Assembly (NCBI GenBank): GCA_041649715.1
Contig: JBAZMP010000003.1
Location: 36,155 to 100,154, forward strand
Direction of reading: 5' to 3'
DNA length: 64,000 bases
DNA from: Patescibacteria group bacterium
GTDB lineage: Bacteria; Patescibacteriota; Patescibacteriia; JAXHNJ01
In this document: positions 19,144-29,391 of the stretch, one piece after another
How the letters are laid out: each line of letters opens with the position of its first letter
How positions within the stretch are numbered: the first letter of the stretch is position 1
The notes under the pieces: generated by a model
The model's input: the letters and a program-made list of their open reading frames with translations, nothing else
Database searches by the model: none
Told to the model about the DNA's origin: nothing
Translations under genes and position numbers: made by a program

Positions 19144-19423
19144 AATATAAATTATACACATCGTTCTTTCACGCTTTTAAAGGAGGAAAGACAATATCGT
19201 TCTTTACGAAACATGATTGCACCTTAGAAAACCTTAGGAGGAAGGTTAGCTAAAACCAACAAAAAGTAGTAAAAAAGTAAAAACTCGAAAAAATCTAATT
19301 CATTTAAGGAAGTTCACTTAATTTGAGGTATTAAAAGGTTTTTATTGCTTTATGTTGGTTTTTTATTTAAAAAATTTAGATATATAGTATTTAAGTAAAA
19401 TTATTAAACGAGGAGATAAAAAA

Positions 19424-22400
19424 ATGACTAAAATCAATCTTATGCCGAAAAAATCCTGGAAGACAAAAGCCTTCAAAGCTTTAAGTATTGTTGCCCAGGT
19501 GACTTTAATTTTCCAGATGTCCTATTTGGGCGTCTTTTTCGCCCCGAAAACCGCGGAAGCGGCCGCCACCAGTCTTACCACGAACATCCTTTCGTGGCAT
19601 ATCCTTGGCGTGGACAGCAACAGCCCCGTGACTGACGGGCCGCATAAATTCCTTATCCAAGCCCGAATCGCCAATACCGGCGCTCTTCCGGCCACCGGCG
19701 TGCAAACAAATTTCGCTTTCGGCTCCGGGACGGCCAACGCCTATCTCAGTTTGGTTTCAAACGCCGCTTTTCCTTTGAACACTATCAATTCAGGCGCTCA
19801 TAAAGATGTCTTTTATGTCGTGCAAGTAACACCGCCGGCCACGCCGAACTCTCCGAGCAATCCGGTTTTTGATACCAGCCGACCTTTCACCATCACCGCT
19901 ACCTCTCCGGATTCAAGCAACGCTTCGGCCAGCCAGACCTTATACATCGAGCACATCCTTTCCCAGAGCAGAAATCACATTTTATCCTCAACTGTCATAC
20001 CGGCTAATCCCTTGGTCGGCCAGCCTTTCACTGTTCACGTGGAATATGAAACCGCCAGCACTTACTTGGACATCACGCCCCAGATGACCTACAATCCGGC
20101 GGTCGCCACTCTTGATTCCGTTACCACCCATTACGTGACAGACGGCGTGGATGAAAATGATATCTATTCCCAGGATCACGGCAATATTATCCATTCTGAT
20201 TTTCATTTCCGCGCCCAGAGCGCCGGCACGTTGAGTTTTTATTACACCGTTCTTGATCACTCCGGTTCCAGTTTCCATTATAACGACGATTTCAGCGACG
20301 CGATCATTGTCCCGGTGACCCCGCGGCAGAACCTGGAAAAATCCGTGGATAAAGCGACGGCCACGCCGGGTGAAACTATCACTTACACCTTGAAGTATTT
20401 CAACACAGGCAACATCGACCTGACCAATGTGGTCATCACTGATACCTACGACAGTCATTTTACTTTTACTTCCTCTAACCCTGCCCCGAGCGTCGGCAAC
20501 AACGTCTGGAATATCGGCACTCTGCCGGTGGCCGCGGGCGGAACGATCACCATCACGGGCACCCTGACCGGAGTTTTTCCGGCGGGCACGACTAAAGTGC
20601 ATAACTTGGCCGTCATGACCTCTGACCAGGTCGCGCCTGTTCAAGCGACGGCTGACACCACGGTCACGGCGGTCTGCGATTTAAACATAATCAAATCCGT
20701 CGATAAGGCGACGGCTTCAGTCGGTGACACTCTTACCTATACCCTCCGATACGAAAATACCGGCAACACGAAATGCACCGGCACCGGCGTCAAAGTTTAT
20801 GATCCGCTGGATACCTATCTGACCTATGTGACCGGTTCAAAACACATCACCATCACCAATGACGGCGGAAATTTAGGGACTGAACCCGGCCAAGGCGACG
20901 ATTATAACGGCAAAGCTAATATCCTGCTTTATAACGTCCGCGAAGTTGTCTCGGGTGAATACGGCGTCATTACCTTTCAAGCGACGGTAAATACTCCGAC
21001 GGTCTGCGGCGATTTTCAGATCCCCAACAAAGGCAAGATCTGGAGCAATGAAACCGCTTATATCTGGAGCAACGAAGTGAAAACCGATATCCACATGGAC
21101 TGCTACGGTTCGGTATCGGGCTATAAATTCAACGATTTAGACAAAGATGACAATAATAAAGAAACAGGCGAACCTGGATTACCGGACTGGGAAATTTGTC
21201 TTCTTAACGTAAATACTAAGGCGGAAGTTTGCACCACGACTGATGCGAACGGCTACTATAAATTCACCAGTGTTCCGTTTGGCAGTTATCAACTCTACGA
21301 AAAGCAGCAAACCGGCTGGACTCAAAGTTATCCCCTGGAAATTACAAATCCTGGCCAAGATTATAATTTCACTCTTGCCAGCCCCGTTGATCTGACCGGC
21401 AAGAATTTTGGCAATTACCGCAACAGCGGCAATTTAACGCTGGTAAAAGAAGTCATCAATAACAATGGCGGTACGGCCGTGGCTACAAACTGGACATTGA
21501 GCGCCACCGGCCCTACTCCAATTTCTGGAGCCGGAGGGGTTTCCGGTACGGTCATAGCGGGTACCTACGCCCTTTCTGAATCCGCAGGTCCTGCTGGCTA
21601 CCAGGCCAGCGCCTGGAATTGTATCGGCGGTAGCCAAACAGGCAACGACGTCACAATCAATGACGGGGATTCAGCCACCTGCAAGATTACCAATGACGAT
21701 ATCCAGCCGAAATTGACCGTGACCAAAATCGTGGTCAATGACAACGGCGGCACGGCGGTTATCGCTGACTTTCCTTTGTTTGTTAACGCAACGAGCGTTA
21801 CCTCCGGAGTACAAAACGGCTTTAACGCCGGCGCTTACACTGTTTCCGAAACGAATAAAAACGGCTATACCGGAGCAATCACCGGCGACTGCGCGGCTAA
21901 CGGTTCCGTCACTTTAAATGCCGGGGACGTAAAAACCTGCACCATCACCAATGACGATATTTCTGGCAAGATCTCAGGTTATAAACTCGACGATCAAGGG
22001 AACAAGCTTAACGGCTGGGAAATCTGTTATACGAAGCAAGATCTAATTTTACCCGACCAATTATCAGTCCAGATAACTCAGCCGATCTGCGTGCTTACGG
22101 GTGATGGCGACTGGCCAGATGGTTATTATGAATTTACCGGCTTATATGTTGGCGATTATGTGGTGTTTGAAAACTTGCTGTATGGTTGGACGCAACTTGA
22201 ACCACAAGGCGGAGTCCATAATATAACAGTCCAATCAGGAACTGACTCAAAAGACAATAACTTCGTCAACAGACTGAACGACTTCAATGTTGAAATCGTA
22301 AAATCCGCTCCCGCCACTGTAAATGCCGGAGAAAATCTGACCTATACCCTGGACTGGACTGTGACAGGCAATACTCCTGTTAATAACGTTATTATTTCTG

Positions 22401-23869
22401 ATGTTCTGCCGGCGAATACGACCTATGTTTCTGGCGGCGACAACTACGATTCTGCCACCAACACCGTTTCTTGGAACCTCGGCACCGTCAATCCGACGGA
22501 TAACGGTACGGTCTCCTTCACGGTCAAGGTCAACTCCCCGCTCTACAACGGCACGATAATCGATAATGAAGCGGAAATCTGCGGCGAAGCCCAGTTAGTG
22601 GCGGCCACTTTCGCTCTCCAGGCGCCGACACAGAAATGCGACGACGACGACACGTCGACTACGGTAAAATCTGGATTCAACGTCGACGTTGATAAAGACG
22701 GACCGCTGACCGGCAAACCCGGAGAGCAGATTGATTACACCGTCGTCTGGAGCACTTCTGGCAACTCCCCTATTGATAAATTAGTCATTACGGATAACTT
22801 ACCGGCTGACACCACCTTTGTTTCCGCAAGCAATGGCGGCGCGGAAAACAATGGCGTCATCACCTGGGATCTTGGTCCTCAAACCCCGGGCGTACACGGT
22901 ACCTTCACGGTTACTGTCACCCTGAACTCCAACTTGAATCCTGGCAACCAGGTAACCAACGAATCCGAGATCTGCGCTTGGGTGTTTGAAGCGCCAAGCG
23001 GAGAATTGATGGTCTGCGATAAAGACGACACCACTACTCTGATCAAGAAACCGATCCTCGCTATTGAAAAAACAGTTGACCTGGTCTTTGCCAATCCGGG
23101 CAATGTGGCCACCTATACGGTGACCATCACCAATACGGGCAACGAAACCGCTTATAATGTCGTGCTCACCGATACCTTGCCGGCTGGCTTCACCTTTGTG
23201 GAAAACGGCCTTGATACTAAATCCTGGTCCTTAGGCGACCTTGTGCCGGCTGACAGCGTCACCGTAAACTATGAAGTTACGGTCGGCAAAAATGTCACGG
23301 CTGGCTTTTACGACAACTTTGCGGAAGCCAAAGCCGACAACCACGGCAAAATCCACGATATCGCCAGTTTAGAGGTGAGGATTCCGAAAAAACAGTCCTC
23401 GGAAGCCTATCCTATTCTCACGATCGGAAAGAGCGTGGACAAAGCCACGGTCAATCCCAACACCCTCGTCAATTACACCGTGAAAATCGCCAATAAAGGC
23501 GAAGCGACCGCTTATAACGTAATCCTCACCGATAAGTTGCCGGCTGGCTTCACCTTCACGGATACGGGCTTGGGCCAAAAGACCTGGAATCTTGGCAACA
23601 TGACCCCCGGCACCTCCATTACCCTAAATTACGAAGTTTTAGTCGGTAAGGACGTCAAGTCGGGCGATTATAAAAACCTGGCCACGGTGAAAGCGGATAA
23701 TAATGATCCAGTCAGCGCTTCAGTAAACGTCAATGTCAAGCAAGGTGCCGTCTTGGGTCTGACCGGACCTAAATGGTATGAAATCTTCTATTATCTCTTG
23801 GGCCTGTTATTTGTCGCCGGTGGCATCAAAGCCTACCGCAAAATAAACCAGACAGGAGAGACTCGATAA
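19424..23869 (+). CDS. Large Ig-like repeat surface protein (DUF11 and SdrD-B-like repeats), probable sortase substrate
   Basis: Signal peptide; repeats KSVDKA.A.PG..TYT....NTGN; GYKFND..EPGL.W; C-terminal GAVLGLTG, TM helix and basic tail. Confidence 0.88.
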   Translation: MTKINLMPKKSWKTKAFKALSIVAQVTLIFQMSYLGVFFAPKTAEAAATSLTTNILSWHILGVDSNSPVTDGPHKFLIQARIANTGALPATGVQTNFAFGSGTANAYLSLVSNAAFPLNTINSGAHKDVFYVVQVTPPATPNSPSNPVFDTSRPFTITATSPDSSNASASQTLYIEHILSQSRNHILSSTVIPANPLVGQPFTVHVEYETASTYLDITPQMTYNPAVATLDSVTTHYVTDGVDENDIYSQDHGNIIHSDFHFRAQSAGTLSFYYTVLDHSGSSFHYNDDFSDAIIVPVTPRQNLEKSVDKATATPGETITYTLKYFNTGNIDLTNVVITDTYDSHFTFTSSNPAPSVGNNVWNIGTLPVAAGGTITITGTLTGVFPAGTTKVHNLAVMTSDQVAPVQATADTTVTAVCDLNIIKSVDKATASVGDTLTYTLRYENTGNTKCTGTGVKVYDPLDTYLTYVTGSKHITITNDGGNLGTEPGQGDDYNGKANILLYNVREVVSGEYGVITFQATVNTPTVCGDFQIPNKGKIWSNETAYIWSNEVKTDIHMDCYGSVSGYKFNDLDKDDNNKETGEPGLPDWEICLLNVNTKAEVCTTTDANGYYKFTSVPFGSYQLYEKQQTGWTQSYPLEITNPGQDYNFTLASPVDLTGKNFGNYRNSGNLTLVKEVINNNGGTAVATNWTLSATGPTPISGAGGVSGTVIAGTYALSESAGPAGYQASAWNCIGGSQTGNDVTINDGDSATCKITNDDIQPKLTVTKIVVNDNGGTAVIADFPLFVNATSVTSGVQNGFNAGAYTVSETNKNGYTGAITGDCAANGSVTLNAGDVKTCTITNDDISGKISGYKLDDQGNKLNGWEICYTKQDLILPDQLSVQITQPICVLTGDGDWPDGYYEFTGLYVGDYVVFENLLYGWTQLEPQGGVHNITVQSGTDSKDNNFVNRLNDFNVEIVKSAPATVNAGENLTYTLDWTVTGNTPVNNVIISDVLPANTTYVSGGDNYDSATNTVSWNLGTVNPTDNGTVSFTVKVNSPLYNGTIIDNEAEICGEAQLVAATFALQAPTQKCDDDDTSTTVKSGFNVDVDKDGPLTGKPGEQIDYTVVWSTSGNSPIDKLVITDNLPADTTFVSASNGGAENNGVITWDLGPQTPGVHGTFTVTVTLNSNLNPGNQVTNESEICAWVFEAPSGELMVCDKDDTTTLIKKPILAIEKTVDLVFANPGNVATYTVTITNTGNETAYNVVLTDTLPAGFTFVENGLDTKSWSLGDLVPADSVTVNYEVTVGKNVTAGFYDNFAEAKADNHGKIHDIASLEVRIPKKQSSEAYPILTIGKSVDKATVNPNTLVNYTVKIANKGEATAYNVILTDKLPAGFTFTDTGLGQKTWNLGNMTPGTSITLNYEVLVGKDVKSGDYKNLATVKADNNDPVSASVNVNVKQGAVLGLTGPKWYEIFYYLLGLLFVAGGIKAYRKINQTGETR

Positions 23870-23873
23870 ATCC

Positions 23874-24566
23874 ATGGAAAAACCAGTGGAAAAAACTCCC
23901 GCCGAAAGCGATCCCCGCATTCGGCGGGAGAAAGGTAAATACAGATACTTGAAAATCGGGATAATAATTATTATCCTGGCGGGTATCGGAATTCTGGCCT
24001 ATCCTTTCATCCCCTCCTTAAAGTATGCTTTGAGCAAACCGGGCAATACCTACCCTTACGAAACGAGGTTGCTTTCAGGCAACATAAATCTTGAGGCCCT
24101 GCCGGTGAATAAAAATGTGAATCTTGGCTCTCTGCCGGATATCAAGACCTTAAAAAGAATTCCCGACGATAATCGGCTGGTCATCCCTAAAATCGGCGTG
24201 GATGTCGCTATCGTGGAAGGACAAAACGAAGAAACGGCCTTGCTTAAAGGCGCCTGGCGCAACCCGAAAACTTCCAACCCGGAAAATGGCGGCAATACGG
24301 TCATTTCGGGCCATCGGTTTCGCTTTCGGCCGCCGAATAACACCACCTTTTATCTTTTGGATAAACTGGCGGTCGGCGATACTTTCATCATTTACTGGAA
24401 AGGGGTAGAATACGATTATCAGATTTCGGAAACAAAGATTGTCGCTCCGACGGCAGTAGAAATACTTAATAACACGGCGAACTCCCAAGTAACCCTGTTC
24501 TCATGCACTCCCCTCTTTACCACCAGACAAAGGCTGGTGGTGATCGGACAGCTGGTTGAATGGTAA
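23874..24566 (+). CDS. Sortase (class D/E-like)
   Basis: N-terminal TM; L.IPKIGV, GNTVISGHR, TLFSCTP, RLVV (His-Cys-Arg triad). Confidence 0.93.
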   Translation: MEKPVEKTPAESDPRIRREKGKYRYLKIGIIIIILAGIGILAYPFIPSLKYALSKPGNTYPYETRLLSGNINLEALPVNKNVNLGSLPDIKTLKRIPDDNRLVIPKIGVDVAIVEGQNEETALLKGAWRNPKTSNPENGGNTVISGHRFRFRPPNNTTFYLLDKLAVGDTFIIYWKGVEYDYQISETKIVAPTAVEILNNTANSQVTLFSCTPLFTTRQRLVVIGQLVEW

Positions 24567-24590
24567 ATTAATATTTAAATAGACAAAAAA

Positions 24591-25610
24591 ATGAAAAAAT
24601 TAATGCTGGCCATTACGCTTCTTGCTTTGGCGCTTTCGCCCATAAAGGGAGAGGCTAAAAATCACGGGGGCGTCGCCTCAATCGAAATTTCGCCTGTTAA
24701 CGGCGAAGTGAAGGCGGGAGAGAGTCTGACCCTAAGGCTTACCGCCAAAGACAGCGCCGGTCTGACTTGGGACATCTCGCCAAACGCTTATTTCCAAATC
24801 AATGACCCCCGCGGTTCCCTCAAGAATAATAAATATCTGGCCGGCAAAATCGGCACCTGGAATTTAAGCGTGACCTATGGTAATTTCAGCGCGAAGACAA
24901 CCGTCAAGGTACTGCCAGGCAACCTTGCCACTATCATCATAAATCCGAATTCAAAACCTGAAATCATCGATTTGGGAGCGACCAGAACTTTTAACGCCCA
25001 GGGTTTTGATAAGATGAATAACCTTTTGACAGGCTTGCTTTTTACCTGGTCACAGGAAGATGACTTAGGTGATATCAACCAAAAAGGCGTTTTTACCGCC
25101 AAAGACACCGGCGAGGGAAAAATAATCGCGAGCCTTAACGGTGTTTCCGGCTTCTCGGCCATAAAAGTCAAAGAAAAAACATTGTTGCCGGCGGCCGCGA
25201 ATACAACCAACACCAATACCGCCAGACCAACAACGGCCGTGAATACCAACGCCAATGATAATAATAACAGCAATGTCAACGGCCAGGTCGCCGGAGTGGA
25301 GACAGCCGCGGCCGCGGAAACGACGGAGACAAAAGATGAATGTAAAACGCTCGCCTGGTACTGGTGGGTTTTGATCATGCTCGCGTTTTTCGCCGTTTTG
25401 ATCCTCTATTACTTTTTAATCCGCAAATCAAAAGGCGGCTGGTGGTGGATTTTCCCGCTGATTTTAATAGCCGGCGTAGTCTGGCTCTATTACCAGTACT
25501 CCTGCAACAAATACGGCTGGTGGCCCTGGGTTTCCATCATTATGGCCATACTAATCTCACTTTTCCGGCCAAAGAAGTATTTTGAAGAGCCAAAATCTCC
25601 GACTTTCTAA
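24591..25610 (+). CDS. Exported Ig-like domain protein with C-terminal 3-TM anchor
   Basis: Signal peptide, two Ig-like units, N/T-rich linker, GQVAG motif, Trp-rich TM segments. Confidence 0.75.
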   Translation: MKKLMLAITLLALALSPIKGEAKNHGGVASIEISPVNGEVKAGESLTLRLTAKDSAGLTWDISPNAYFQINDPRGSLKNNKYLAGKIGTWNLSVTYGNFSAKTTVKVLPGNLATIIINPNSKPEIIDLGATRTFNAQGFDKMNNLLTGLLFTWSQEDDLGDINQKGVFTAKDTGEGKIIASLNGVSGFSAIKVKEKTLLPAAANTTNTNTARPTTAVNTNANDNNNSNVNGQVAGVETAAAAETTETKDECKTLAWYWWVLIMLAFFAVLILYYFLIRKSKGGWWWIFPLILIAGVVWLYYQYSCNKYGWWPWVSIIMAILISLFRPKKYFEEPKSPTF

Positions 25611-25634
25611 ATATCATCAAATCTAAAAATACAA

Positions 25635-25668
25635 GAAAAACCTCTTCCTTTTGGAAAGAGGTTTTTCG
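25635..25668 (+). terminator. Terminator of sortase operon
   Basis: GAAAAACCTCTT/AAGAGGTTTTTC stem. Confidence 0.7.
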
Positions 25669-25681
25669 GATATTAATGGCT

Positions 25682-25735
25682 CAGCGCGGACAGCCTTCGG
25701 CCGTGAGCTCGGGCCGAACGGAGACATCCGCGCTG
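25682..25735. repeat. Second copy (inverted) of the 36-nt REP-like element
   Basis: 25691-25726 is the reverse complement of 2494-2529 with 1 mismatch, inside a different 9-bp stem. Confidence 0.85.
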
Positions 25736-25803
25736 TTATTTCAATATTCCTGTTTATTTTTAAAAAAAATAACGCCGGTCTTGAGCGCCCGCGTTGTAAC
25801 TTT

Positions 25804-26619
25804 TTAGAAGATTAGAAAATATACAATCACGATTATCGCCAGGACTAACCGGTAATAGGCAAAAATATTTAGCGAGTGATTTTTTAAATAATTCAAAAGA
25901 AATCTGACCGCCCAGTAGCCGGCCAAGGCGGCGGCCAAAAATCCTAAGAGATAAATAATCATCTCATGACCGCTGAAAGAATGGGAAAATAGTTCCGTCA
26001 TCTTTTTCACCACCGCCCCGAAAATCACCGGGATAGAAAGCAAAAAGGAAAATCTCGCCGCTTCCTCCCTTTTCAATTTCTGGGTCATACCGGCCAAGAT
26101 GGTTATCCCGGAACGGGATACACCGGGTATTAAAGCGATGGCCTGGCACAAACCGATGATAATCGCCCCGTTTAAACCCATCTCTTTCAATCCTTTTGTC
26201 TTTTGGCTGTATTTTTCCAAAATCAGGAATAGAAGACCGACGAGAATCATCATGACTGCCACTAAAAATGGCGAGCGGAAAATCGTCTCGGCTTTATCTT
26301 CGAGTAAAAAACCGAATATACCGGCGGGAATGGCGGCCACTAAAATAAACCAGGCTAACCGCTGATTTTCGTCATTTTTTAAGTCCCACTTGACCAAGCT
26401 TTTGAAAAATGCGGACAAATAGGCTATAATATCCTTAGAGAAAAAAACCACCAGGGCCAAGAGGGTGCCGGCATGCAAGATCACGTCAAAGCTCAAGTCA
26501 TCCTGCAGCCGGAAATTTAGCAAGCGATGCAGAATGACCAAATGGCCGGAACTCGAGATAGGCAAAAACTCCGTCAGCCCCTGAATGCCTCCGAAAAAGA
26601 TTGAGTAAATATAGTCCAT
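25804..26619 (-). CDS. uppP: Undecaprenyl-diphosphate phosphatase
   Basis: QGLTEFLPISSSGH, PGVSRSGITI, AARFSFLLSIP. Confidence 0.97.
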   Translation of the reverse strand: MDYIYSIFFGGIQGLTEFLPISSSGHLVILHRLLNFRLQDDLSFDVILHAGTLLALVVFFSKDIIAYLSAFFKSLVKWDLKNDENQRLAWFILVAAIPAGIFGFLLEDKAETIFRSPFLVAVMMILVGLLFLILEKYSQKTKGLKEMGLNGAIIIGLCQAIALIPGVSRSGITILAGMTQKLKREEAARFSFLLSIPVIFGAVVKKMTELFSHSFSGHEMIIYLLGFLAAALAGYWAVRFLLNYLKNHSLNIFAYYRLVLAIIVIVYFLIF

Positions 26620-26622
26620 AAA

Positions 26623-27060
26623 ATGATATATCCTAAATTAATACTTATTCCTTTGATCGTCGGCCTGATCAGTTTCGGCCTGAAGATCATTATTAAAGCG
26701 ATCAAGGGCACTTTTTCTTGGGAACTGTCGGCCACTTACGGCGGCATGCCCTCCATCCACACCGCCTTTGTCGTTTCTCTCTCTACCGTCGTAGCGCTCT
26801 ACGACGGGATTTTCAGCGCCACTTTCGCCATGTCTGCCATCTTCAGCCTGATTATCATCCGGGACGCCGTGGGTTACCGCCGTTACCTGGGGATCCATTC
26901 AAAAGTCTTAAACAGCGTCATCCAGGAATTACCCCACAAAGAGCGAGTAAAATTTCCGCCCCACCTCCAGGAACAGCTGGGCCACACGCCCTTACAGGCG
27001 GTGATCGGCGCCCTCATCGGTTTTATCGCGGCTATTCTTCTTTATATCATTATTCCTTGA
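26623..27060 (+). CDS. Divergent PAP2 family protein (DUF212-like)
   Basis: GGMPSIHTA, RDAVGYRR, LGHTP. Confidence 0.88.
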   Translation: MIYPKLILIPLIVGLISFGLKIIIKAIKGTFSWELSATYGGMPSIHTAFVVSLSTVVALYDGIFSATFAMSAIFSLIIIRDAVGYRRYLGIHSKVLNSVIQELPHKERVKFPPHLQEQLGHTPLQAVIGALIGFIAAILLYIIIP

Positions 27061-27104
27061 ATCTAAAACTTGTTTAGTCCGGCCCTGGAAGAACGGGTCT
27101 TTTT

Positions 27105-27929
27105 TTATTTTTGACATTTTGGGCAATAAAATGTCCCTCGTCCGCCTTGGGCAATCCTTTCTACTTTGCCGGGGCACCGAAAACATTTTTTTCCTTTCCG
27201 GCCGTAGACTTTTAGGAATCGTTCAAAATCTCCTGGCTGACCATGAGCATCCAGGTAAGAATCAGCTGACGTTCCGCGCCGCTTTATTGAAGCCTGCAAC
27301 ACTTTTTTTATAGCCGAATACAGAAGCTGGCGTTCTTTTGGGGTTAGTGTTTTTACTTTCCGGGTAGGTTTTATTCTGGCATAATAACAGGCCTCGGCGG
27401 CATATATGTTCCCGATACCCGAAATAAAACCCTGGTCCATAAGCAAAGGCTTGATCGGCGCGTTTTTCTTTTTATCCAGCCGGGAATTGAAAACTTTAAA
27501 GGTAAAATCCTTATTCAAAGGTTCGGGCCCGTATTTCATCGTTTTAAACATCTCTTCAAGGCCACTTTTATCAAATATCTTGATGTAACCAAATTTTCGT
27601 AGATCATTAAAAAATAATTTTCGGCCATTATTCAGATTAAAAATTACGCGGGTAAATTTGTCCGGGGCGGCCGCCGCCTTCGAAATGATCAGCTGTCCGG
27701 TAATCTTCAGGTGAAATACTAGATATAGGCCGCCGGCCAGTTCCATAATTAAAAGCTTGGCGCGGCGGCCGACGCTTTTGATAATTTTGCCCTCTATTTT
27801 ATTCCTAAAAGTCCTGCCTAAAAAACCGACCGTCTTCGGCTCTAAAATTTCCACGGCGGTTATCTTTTTGCCGCGCAAGATTATATTCAAATCTTTTTTT
27901 ATCGTTTCGACTTCCGGTAATTCGGGCAT
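27105..27929 (-). CDS. mutM: Formamidopyrimidine-DNA glycosylase
   Basis: MPELPEVET, RRAK, GIGNIYA, C-terminal Zn finger CPKCQ. Confidence 0.97.
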   Translation of the reverse strand: MPELPEVETIKKDLNIILRGKKITAVEILEPKTVGFLGRTFRNKIEGKIIKSVGRRAKLLIMELAGGLYLVFHLKITGQLIISKAAAAPDKFTRVIFNLNNGRKLFFNDLRKFGYIKIFDKSGLEEMFKTMKYGPEPLNKDFTFKVFNSRLDKKKNAPIKPLLMDQGFISGIGNIYAAEACYYARIKPTRKVKTLTPKERQLLYSAIKKVLQASIKRRGTSADSYLDAHGQPGDFERFLKVYGRKGKKCFRCPGKVERIAQGGRGTFYCPKCQK

Positions 27930-27930
27930 G

Positions 27931-28983
27931 TTATAACTTTTTTATTTCATTTAATAAACTAACAAGGATCTCTTTTTCTTTTACCGTTTTAATAATTTTC
28001 CCTTTTCTGAAAATAATCCCTATCCCTTTTCCACCGGCCACGCCGATATCCGCTTCCCTCGCCTCGCCCGGACCGTTGACGGCGCAGCCCATAACGGCAA
28101 TCTTAATCGGTTTTTTTACATCTTTGGTCGCTTTTTCCACTTTTTTCGCCAGAGAGATTAAATCAATCTGGGTCCGACCGCAGGTCGGGCAAGAAATAAT
28201 CTCCCGTCCTCTTTTTCTTAAATCCAGCGCTTTCAAAATCTCCCAAGCAACCCTTACTTCTTCTATCGGGTCTGCTGTCAGAGAAACCCTAATTGTACCC
28301 CCTATTCCGCTAGCCAACAAAGACCCTAAACCCACAGCAGATTTAATCGTCCCGGAAAATAGAGGCCCAGCTTCGGTAATACCGATATGCAAAGGATAAT
28401 CAACTTTTTGCGACAATAACCCGTAGGCCTCAATCGTTTGCGGCACATCAGTTGATTTAATAGAAATGACAATATTTTTAAAATTGAATTTTTCCAGAAG
28501 CCTGATATTTCTTAAAGCCGAATCCACTAAACCTTTGGCGGTAACATGTCCGTAATCCCTTTTAAGAATTTCTTGCTCCAATGAACCGCTGTTAACGCCG
28601 ACGCGAATGGGAATCCCTTCTTTTTTAGCCGCCAAAACGACGGCGGCGAGTCTTTCTTCCCCACCGATATTGCCAGGATTAATTCTAATTTTATCCACCC
28701 CTTGTTTAATTGATTCCAAGGCCAGTCGAAAATCAAAATGAATATCCGCGACCAAAGGGATATTTATCTGCTTTTTTATTCGGCCTAAAACTTTGGCGGC
28801 CGCCATATCCAAGACCGCCACCCGGACAATTTCGCAACCCTCTTTCTCCAAAGAATTAATCTGTTTAGCGGTGGCGGAAACATTATGCGTATCAGTACTG
28901 CACATAGACTGAACTAATATCGGATTTAATCCGCCGATTTTCCGGTTGCCGATTTTTATAACTTTCGTTTTTCTGCCAATCAT
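27931..28983 (-). CDS. ispG: 4-hydroxy-3-methylbut-2-enyl diphosphate synthase
   Basis: VQSM, LVADIHF, RINPGNI, IRVGVNSGSL, CPTCGR, AVMGCAVNGPGEA. Confidence 0.97.
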   Translation of the reverse strand: MIGRKTKVIKIGNRKIGGLNPILVQSMCSTDTHNVSATAKQINSLEKEGCEIVRVAVLDMAAAKVLGRIKKQINIPLVADIHFDFRLALESIKQGVDKIRINPGNIGGEERLAAVVLAAKKEGIPIRVGVNSGSLEQEILKRDYGHVTAKGLVDSALRNIRLLEKFNFKNIVISIKSTDVPQTIEAYGLLSQKVDYPLHIGITEAGPLFSGTIKSAVGLGSLLASGIGGTIRVSLTADPIEEVRVAWEILKALDLRKRGREIISCPTCGRTQIDLISLAKKVEKATKDVKKPIKIAVMGCAVNGPGEAREADIGVAGGKGIGIIFRKGKIIKTVKEKEILVSLLNEIKKL

Positions 28984-29000
28984 ATATTTAATAATAGCTT

Positions 29001-29046
29001 AAAAAAAGAAGGGGGTAAAGCCGGAAAAAATTATCCTTACCCCCTT
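29001..29046 (-). terminator. Terminator of ORFan cassette E
   Basis: AAGGGGGTAA/TTACCCCCTT stem plus T tract on minus. Confidence 0.65.
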
Positions 29047-29075
29047 TTGTCTGTTCGCCTGATGAAAGAATGCCC

Positions 29076-29318
29076 TCAATCATCAAGAAAAGGACAATAC
29101 GTGCCCCGCTTTTCTCCGCGGGCGCATCTGACTAGGGCCACGCCAGGCTTGATACAAATAAGCGGAATCGCCGCTTCAACCGGCCTCGGGACAGTTAAAA
29201 CTCGCCTGCCCCTTTCTTTTCTCGTCCGGCCGATCTCCTTGGCCTTGTAACCCATGTCACGCAGTGCTTTACGGACTTGCTTCTCATTCGCCCCCTTCTC
29301 AAGAATCACATCCATCAT
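29076..29318 (-). CDS. Small basic hypothetical protein, ORFan cassette E
   Basis: AAGGAGGT SD; promoter TTGACA-17-TAAGGT at 29377..29349. Confidence 0.6.
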   Translation of the reverse strand: MMDVILEKGANEKQVRKALRDMGYKAKEIGRTRKERGRRVLTVPRPVEAAIPLICIKPGVALVRCARGEKRGTYCPFLDD

Positions 29319-29391
29319 AACCTCCTTTAGGTAACATTTTGTGCTCCCACCTTATCAAATAATAAAACGAGTGTCAATATCTAAATAATAC

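Noticed and set aside
18844-19423. Replication origin
   Set aside because: Only two DnaA boxes ~190 nt apart, no dnaA/dnaN nearby, and the region is explained by a promoter and leader.
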